Source: Alphaproteobacteria bacterium (GTDB taxonomy: Bacteria > Pseudomonadota > Alphaproteobacteria > Rs-D84). Taken from it: a DNA stretch of 32,000 nt. Positions 11,101-20,100 of this stretch are shown here, in pieces (position 1 is the stretch's first letter; every line of letters starts with the position of its first letter). The stretch spans positions 60,001 through 92,000 of the forward strand of contig JAFVFD010000002.1 of NCBI GenBank assembly GCA_017475605.1, read 5' to 3'. Made by a program: the position numbers and the translations under genes. The notes under the pieces are model-generated. The model made no database searches and was not told where the DNA came from. It saw nothing but the letters and a program-made list of their open reading frames with translations.

Positions 11101-14100
11101 TCGCAGAATAGGTCAGGGCATTTTCATTGTAATAACATGTTTGTGTACCGCGTCCATGTGTCGCAACATAGGTTGGCAACAGTTCCTTGTAACATGCGGC
11201 ACTGCTTTCCGAATTGGCCGGCGATTTTCCACCGTCCGGACATGCGTTTAATCCACGTACACCGTCATCGGTCGCAAACGAGCCGCCCGGGCAATAATGG
11301 TTTTCGGTACATGGCAAGCATGTTGAACCAGAACCACTGTAATATGTTTTTGCCGCGCATGTTGTGTTCCCGGCCGGCCATTTTGCCGTAATTTCCGTAT
11401 TTGTTGATGTAAATGTCAGTGCCACCGCAGATGTGCTAAACTTGCCATTTGTGCCAATGATTTCGTTGTCGTTCGTATCATAATAGCCCGCAAATTCATA
11501 ACCTGTTTTCTGGGGTTTGGTGACAAGTGTGGTAATCGCCGTTGTGGCGGTCGCGTTTGAATACCAGCCGGTCGCATACTTCAAATACACCTTGGCCGGT
11601 GAACCAGCGGTTGTCGCACCGTTGTGATTCAATGTGATTTCATACACATTTGGTGTCCATTGGGCAAACAATTCTATATTTGATGCATCAGACGATATAT
11701 TTGTCGTAACCGTAGTACCCGCATTATAGCATGTGCCACCACCATTCGCCGCGGTGCACCATTTGTTCGCGGTGCTGTACCCGGTGCGTGTATCAACAAT
11801 CGCCGGTAATGCGCACACACCACTGTCAAATGTACACTTTACACTTGGTGCGGTTGAACCCGTACCACCATTTTTGTTAAGGGTAATGGTGTATTCATGT
11901 GCATCGCATGTTGGTGCGGCGGTGTTGTTGTTTTTGACATCATAACCGGTTTTGCACACAACATTATATGAACAAGCATTATATGTTGTCGCGCTGTTAC
12001 CATACACAAAGTTTTCCGCGGCGGATACAGTCTTGGAATTGCTGATGCTTGCGGGGGTCTTGTTACATTCGGTATAGCATGCGGTGTAACTGCCGGCGAA
12101 TTCTGTTGAACCCGCCCAGCCGGCCGGACACTCTGTCTGGGCTGTTGCACCGTTTCCGCTGTAATAACCGGTTTCTGTGCCGGAACACGCGAACGAACCA
12201 GCAATTTTATAATAGTATCCAGCATTACATGTTTTTGCATCAACATCCATACAGTTAGAATAATCGTTTGTTGAATTGGTATAGAAACACTTTGCCCAAC
12301 CAGTACCATTTTCCCAATTGTGATTTGGATAGCCGGTTGTTGCGGTATATGGATCATATTTTACATAACATGTATCAATACCACGATATTTTTGACCTTC
12401 AACCAATGTTGCTTTACCTGGTGTGCCATCTTTGTCGGTCGGACAGTCGTGGAATCCATCTGTGTCGCACCACATATCTTCTGGGCAAACATTGGAATCA
12501 TAAACACAAGTGTTATATTTATTCGTACCATAAGACACAGTCGGTGTTTTTACTTCGACGGTTGTACCATTCAGATTCTTGGTTGGATTACATGTCAAAT
12601 AGCAGTCCGAAATAGAACCAGATGTTGTGGTCGCTGTGTCTGGGGTTGTGCTTACCACATCAACCGCGCCTGTGCCAACCGGACAATCATAACGTTGTGT
12701 CGAAGAGCCCGGGTTTTGCATGCTTGGTTGTAATTCTTCGCCCGAGAATGCTGACTGTGCAGGGCTGTAACGTCCTTTGCCAACAGGTACACAATCGCGG
12801 TCGCCATCAGAATTAGTATACGAACCATCGTCATAATAACCCGCATCACAAGTTACAATCACAGATACATTACAGTTGTATGAATACCCGGTTGATATAT
12901 TCGTGTCAGATTCATCAGATTTGTGATAGCAATTACGTCTGTGGCCACTGTGTCCGCCCGTTGGTTCATACCAGATATTACCACGATAACATTGTGATAC
13001 CTTTTCAGAAACATCGGTTTCGGTTGTAATAGTTGGGTCTTGGTCTGTATTTGGACACTTTGTCCTTGTTGTAACAAGATTCGGACTGTAATACTGATAA
13101 CCAACATTAGAACAGTCTTTTGTCGTTTTTGTTGTATCCAACCAGTGTCCAATTGTACAGGTCAAAATCTGTTCGTCTTTACAATTATCAACATACTTGT
13201 TCGTTGCGGTATTGAAATAGCATGTTTGGCTTCCTGCGCCCTGGGTTGCGGAATATTTCACATTTGATGCAAAACAGTCTGACTTTTTGGTCGAACCCTT
13301 GGCCGACGAAACCGATACCGTCAATGTTTGGTTGTTGGCATTGGTCGCGGCGGTATATGTGCTGGCGTCTGCCGGGCATGTGTCAAGTCCGGACACACTG
13401 CCGTTGTCCTGGTATGGTGTCGTGCCGGTACAATATGACCCAGCGGGACATTCAGTACATGTTGTGCCATACCCTGTGTAATATGTTCCCGCGGCGCAAT
13501 TTACGATTGGTATTTCGTCCCAATTTGCAGTGATAAGGGTTGGTGCCGTAAATACAGTATAGTTGGTCGTTAATTTACCTGTCCCATCAATTATTTGTTG
13601 GCCGGCCGCAAAATACCCACCGAATGTATTTCCAATGGATACAGGTTTTGTAACACTTGTAATAGGTCCAGAAACCGCCTTGGTTGTGGAATTATAATTT
13701 GAATACCAGCCTGTATTATATTTCAAATAAATATCGTATGTAGCGGTATTGCCATTAACACTGCCACCGTTATGATTTAATGTTATCTTGTATACATTTG
13801 GTTCGCAGGTTTCGCCAGATGGTATATATCCAGTATCGCAATCTGGGGTTTTATAAGTACAGGCCGGTATCGTTGTTCCGTTAAAGGAAACTGTATCTGA
13901 TGTTGGAACACGTGAACCATGGTCAATATTTATCGTTGAACACGTATTATAGCAATCACTTGCGGAATCGCTGTCTGAATCTGTTGTTGTAACCGTTGAA
14001 TTCGCGCCACTCAGATTGCTACATAAAAATCTATCTGTATCGCCCGCTGGACTGTATGCGCCCTTGCCAACGACAGCACATGTTGTTGATGCGGTTGATA

Positions 14101-17100
14101 CACGATAGTGTCCGCCAACACAACTTGTAATCTTGATTGTACAATCTTTATCATAAGATGTTCCACCAAAGAAGCAGGTTTGATCGCCCGCGCCGGTTAC
14201 AGGTGTTTCGTCCAATTCAACATTTGCGCGTGTTGTTTGGCATTGATTGATGCGTGTACTACCGGTGTCGGCTGTGGCGACATCGCCGTTTTTAATGTCG
14301 GTTGGACACTTGCGGGCGCACCCGATTTCTTCATCATCTTTGTCTAATTCTGAAACGATTTCACCCGGACAATAATAGCCAATCGGACAGGCGGTTGTTT
14401 TGTCTGATTTTTTGCCGGCTTCGCATTGGAATGGTGTTGCATCACCACAGTTTGGACTTGTTTTGTTTGCAACACCGGCGGAACCGCTGAATGTGCCACT
14501 GGCATTGCCGGCATTATTATATCCGTATTCGCATGTATAGGTATACTTGCAAACATTGTTTGATACACCGGTTACAGTACATGAATCGACTTTATCGCCA
14601 GGTGTACATGTGCAGCCCGCAAATTGAGCATACCATTTGGTTGTGTTGTTTGCGACGACCTTGGCGGCGGTAATACCATCACTTGTTATATAACCACTGG
14701 CATCAATATATTTGGTTCCGTTGCTTGATGCGCTGAAATAACCCAAGAATACGGCATTGGTTTTTGTTGGTATGGTAACGTTGTTTGCGCTTGCTGTCAT
14801 CGCCTTGGAACGCGCACTGTCTTTGTAAACATTAGTGGCATAAGTGGTGTAAATCGTGCCGGAACCGTTCGCGCCACCGTTGGTGCTGTCGTCCAGGCTG
14901 ATACTGTAATTGTTTGGGGTCCATGTTGCCGTAAGTGTTATCGTTGCACCCGCAACCGTTGTCGCGGTGCTGATTGACGCATCGGCGGCATATGTTGGGC
15001 TTGTGCAATTACCAGTGCTGGCGGAACATGCCCAACCCGCAAACGAATAACCCGTTCTAGTATAGGTGTTTGCTGGGGCCTTGCATGTGCCATTATATGT
15101 ACACGATGTTGGACTTGTTGGTGCGTTGCCAAAACCGCCTGTACCGGCATTATATGCAACATTAAATGTGTTCGCGGTCCAAGTTGCCGTCAAAGTGATT
15201 GTTGCGCCCGCCACAGTTGTGGCCGTATTGATTGCTGCACCCGCGGCATATGTTGCACTTGCGCAACTGCCACTGCTGGCGGAACATGCCCATCCGGCAA
15301 ATGTATATCCTGGTTTAGTATATGTGTTCGATGGGGCCTTGCAGTTGGTGTCATCATATGCGCACCATGTTGGACTTGATGGGGCGGTGCCAGATGCACC
15401 AGTTCCCGCATTATAGGAAACATTAAATGTGTTTGCGGTCCAGGTGGCTGTAAATGTTACAGTACCCTTGTTATAGTGCAGGTTTTTGAATTTGGTTGCC
15501 TTGACACCAGCAAGCGATGTGTCCGTTGTTGAATTATCACCGTAATAGTGGGCAACCTTGTTATCCATGCCGGCGATGTTCCAACCAGTAAATGTATAGC
15601 CTGTTTTGGTCGGATTGCTTATAGTTATTTCTGTGTCGAATGTTGCACTTGTTGGGTGCGATGCGCCGTGTGTCCCGCCGTTAAGTGTATATGATATGGT
15701 ATAAGAAGTGGCCTTGCATGTTTCGCCGTTTGCTTCATATCCATTGACACATGTCGTTGTATACGTACAGGCAGGTATGGTTGTCCCATTATAAGAAGAC
15801 TTGTCTGATGTTGGAACGCGCGAACCATGGTCTATATTTATCGTTGAACATGTATTATAACAATCTGTTGCAGAATCACTGTCTACATCTGTTGTTGTAA
15901 CCGTTGAATTTGCGCCACTCAGGTTGCTGCATAAAAATCTATCTGTGTCGCCTGCTGGACTGTATGCGCCTTTGCCAACAACGGCACATGTTGTTGACGA
16001 TTCCGACACCAAATAATGTCCACCAATACAACTTTTAATCTTGATGGTGCAATCTTTGTTATAAGATGTTCCACCAAAGAAGCAGGTTTGATCGCCGGCA
16101 CCGGTTACAGGGGTTTCGTCCAAATCAACATTTTCGCGGGTGGTATAGCATAATGTGTTGGTTTGGGTGCCTTTCCCTGTGGTTGTAACAGAGCCGTTTT
16201 GTGTATCGTCTGGACATTTTGTCTGTTTCGTTGCGGCGGTTGTATCAACATAATATCCGGTATCTGCAATTGTACAAGATGTGTTGCCTGCGGTTGCTTT
16301 GTAATAACCCTTGGTACATGCAGTACAGGACGAATACGATGTGCCACTGTAACCCGCCGCACATACACAGTCGTCTATGGATGCAGGTGTTGCTGTGATT
16401 GTTGTAGTATTGGCGGGGCAGTTATACACATTGTCGTCGCCATCTGGACTGTATGTGCCGGGTTCAACATTGGCACAAGACCCATTTGCTGCCTTGTAAT
16501 ACCCGGCATTACAGGTCCATGTTGCCGTAAGTGTATTATCGCCCTGGGTCGTATATTTATATGTTGTGTTGGCATTTGGATAACTGCCACTGGCGGCACT
16601 CCAACCGGCAAAAGTTGCGTTTGCCTTGGTAAATGTATTCGCCGCCTTGGTTGTAAAGTTTGCGTTATATGTAACAGATTGTGTTTGGTCGGTCCCAGAA
16701 CCACCAATGCCCGCTTTATATGTGATGGTATAGCCGGAATATGTTTTCGGTGAACACAAATTACTTACAGTATTTGTTGATGCGTTCCAGGTTGGTGTGT
16801 TCCATGTCGCAACAGTTGTACCAAACCCATCGCAATTGTTTGAACATGTCGTGTTAGCGGTGCCGGTATTTGTTTTACCACCATCACATGCCGTACATGA
16901 TGTTGCACCGGCCGCACTAAACGAACCATTCGCGCACGCAGTACACGCGTTCCCATTCTTATAATACCCGCCGGAACACTGCCATTCACAAGCATTTGAT
17001 GATGCCGCGCCGGTATAAGATGAATTTGATGCGGGCTTGTTGGTACATGCACTACAATCAATGCTGGCTGCGGTTGTTTTTGTGTTGTGTGATTCGTGGT

Positions 17101-20100
17101 AATAGCCCGTATTACATACATGGGTATATTTACATTGGTTACTTTCCACCGCATTGAATGTTGCAGAGGCGACATTGGTTCCCTTTGATGCCGTCGCGCA
17201 CGCAGTCCATTTTGCATATATTGTGGTTGGGGCATTACTTAAATCTGCACCAAATGCGTAATTTGTTCCACTGGTACCATTCGCGTTGCTGTACCAACTG
17301 GCAAGGTAATTACTGTCTTTTGTGATATTACAAGAAGTGCTGTTCCAACTTGGTGCGGTACATGTCCCGCCGTATGTACATGTTATACTGCCCGCATTTG
17401 TGCCACTTGCACCGGCGCACGTACCTGTTCCGGTGTTTTTGTTGATGGTTATGGTTTTATTGTTCACCTTGACAGAATATGTTGCACTTGCGGCGGCATA
17501 GTCGCCCTTGGCGGCACTGGTAACCGTTATGGTTGCAGTTCCAGCCTTTTTAAAGGTAAGATTTACCGTCGTTCCACTTATTGTGGCGGTTACCACAGAT
17601 TCATCAGAAGATGTCGCACTTAATGTGCCACCACTGGTATTGGTTGTAACCGTAAACGAACCAGCGGTCGTTGGGTATGTTACTTCTGTGCCATTACCAC
17701 TTAATACAACCTGATTCATCGTGCAAAGATAACTGCCGGTTTTGGTATTAAAGTTATTGCCAGTTACCTTGTAATATATTGTCTGGCTGCCGCCGGTGGT
17801 AAGGGTCGGGGCCGTACCATATGTGCCGTTTTCGGTTGTGCTGTATGTAATGGTCGCGCCACTGGTTGGGGCGGAAACGGTTACGTTTGCACAACTCTGC
17901 GCATTGCCGTTATACGACAGTTTCTTGGTAGACGCATTTACTGTCATATTTTTGGCATTCATTGTACATTTATATGTACCCGTCAGCGTGTTATAATTAG
18001 TTTTTTCCAGTTTATAACATACGGTTATTTCATCGGCATTGGTAATTGTCGGTGCCGATGTGCCGTATGATCCACATGAACCGCCCGTCTGGGTGGCGAA
18101 TGTTAATGCCGCATCACTTGGTACTATGTTGGAAACATTGGCGCAACTTTGTGCCGTTCCGTTTGATGTGGTTGTGCCGTTATATGTCAATGTCTTGTCG
18201 GACACATTCGCTGTTATAGTGGCATTGGTGATTTCACATTCAAAACTGCCGGTCTTGGCGGTATAATTTGCCGCGGTTACCTGGTAATATATTGTTTTGC
18301 TGTCTGCGACATTGGTAACGGTTGGGGCATCATTTAAATTATATGTTCCGCTGCTTGTGCCGTATTTAACGGTTGCGCCACTGGATGGTGTTGTAACCGT
18401 AATGTTACAGGTAAGGGCAGTGCCATCATATACCTTGCTCTTTTTACCAGCATTTACCGCGATAGTTCCCGCTTCGGCAACTGTACAGGCAAACTCACCT
18501 GTTTTGTCGGTATAATTTGTCGCAGATATTTTATAGCACACCGTTGTTGTGCCGGCATTTGTGCGGCTTGGAATGGTGCTGCTGAATGAACCACATGTGC
18601 TGCCGGATTTCGTTGCGTATGTTACGGTTGCGTTGCTTGGCACTTTGTTTGTTATGTTACCATCACAAGACAGTGGGTCGCCGTCAAATGTTTTACTGTT
18701 TCCTTCAACATTGGCGGTAATTGTGCCCTTGACGGTTTTTACAGTATATGTAGCAGTCGCAGCATTATATTTATCAGATTGTTCACTTGTTACAGTAATT
18801 ACCGTAGCATCGGCGGCATCTACATATGTAACTGTACCCTGGGTCTTAGCAGAGTTTAATACAACTGTTGCTTTGCTGGTCGCGGCACTGGTTGCTGTTA
18901 TTGTGCCATCACAAGAGCCTTTGTTTATTGTAAATGTGCTTGTCGTTGTCGGATAGGTAATAGTTCCACTGGTCGGTGTAACACTAATGCTGCATGTCCC
19001 GCGATTAACTGTTAAATCATATGTCGCGGAACACGCGTTATAATTTGCGGTGGCATCACTGGTTACAGTTATAGTTGCAGTCCCATATTTTACCGGGGTA
19101 ACGGTTACGGTGCCATTTGTTATGGTTGCTGTTGCGACAGATGTTGTCCCAGACGAAACCGATAATGCGCCGCCGCTGTTTGTACTGGCCGTAAATGTTC
19201 CGGTGTTTGGATATGTGATTGTGCCACTGTCCGCACCCAAAGATACAGAACAATTTGCCTTGGCCATGGTACAGGTATAACTACCAGATGCTTCGGCATA
19301 GTTCGGGGCTGTTACCTTATAATATACAGTTTTGGGCGATTCACTAACATTTGTCATTGTTGGCGCGGTCGCGTTGTATGTGCCGTTTTCGGTTGTGCTG
19401 TATGTAATGGTCGCGCCACTGGTTGGATTGGAAACGGTTACATTGGCACAACTTTGTGCATTACCGTTATATGTTAATGACTTGGTTGATGCACTGGCTA
19501 CGATATTTGGGATACAAACATAAGAACTGGTTGCTCCGGTGGAACCACTGCGCGTGTATCCAGTGGCACATGCGGTAATTGAACAAAGGTTCGATACACT
19601 GTTTGTGTTTGCAGACCAACTGGCATTTGCCCACCCGGAAACATTAGACGCATTGGGGCAGTTTGCATCACAACTTGTTTTGCCAGTACCACTGGTGGTT
19701 TTGCCGTTTGTACACGCGGTACATGATGTGTTGCCGGTACCGGTATTGTATGAACCCGTGAAACACTCAACACACGCACCAGAGATAACGCTTCCTGTGG
19801 TGTTATTAAATGTGCCAGCGGGGCACTCTGTGCGACCACCAACGCCATCATAATATACTGTAACTAGGCCCGGGCAATATCCGCCGGCGGCACAGGTTGT
19901 TTCGCCCGCACCAGCGGTTGCTACATACTTACCGTACGTTGTTGTTAAATAACAGTTGTTTATACCACCTGTGGTATTACCGGATGCGCTGTTTGGATAG
20001 TTTGTTGGACATTTTACGCACTGGCTGGACCCGTCAAGGTAATAACCGGCATTACAACTGGTGTATGTTTTTTCGCATGAATAGCCCGCGGCAAAAGAAT

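Noticed and set aside
8100-15442. Regular repeats considered as a possible CRISPR array or minisatellite
   Set aside because: The periods are 261 bp and ~2.3 kb, the repeats are entirely in-frame coding sequence, and there is no short-repeat/unique-spacer organisation. No cas genes are present.
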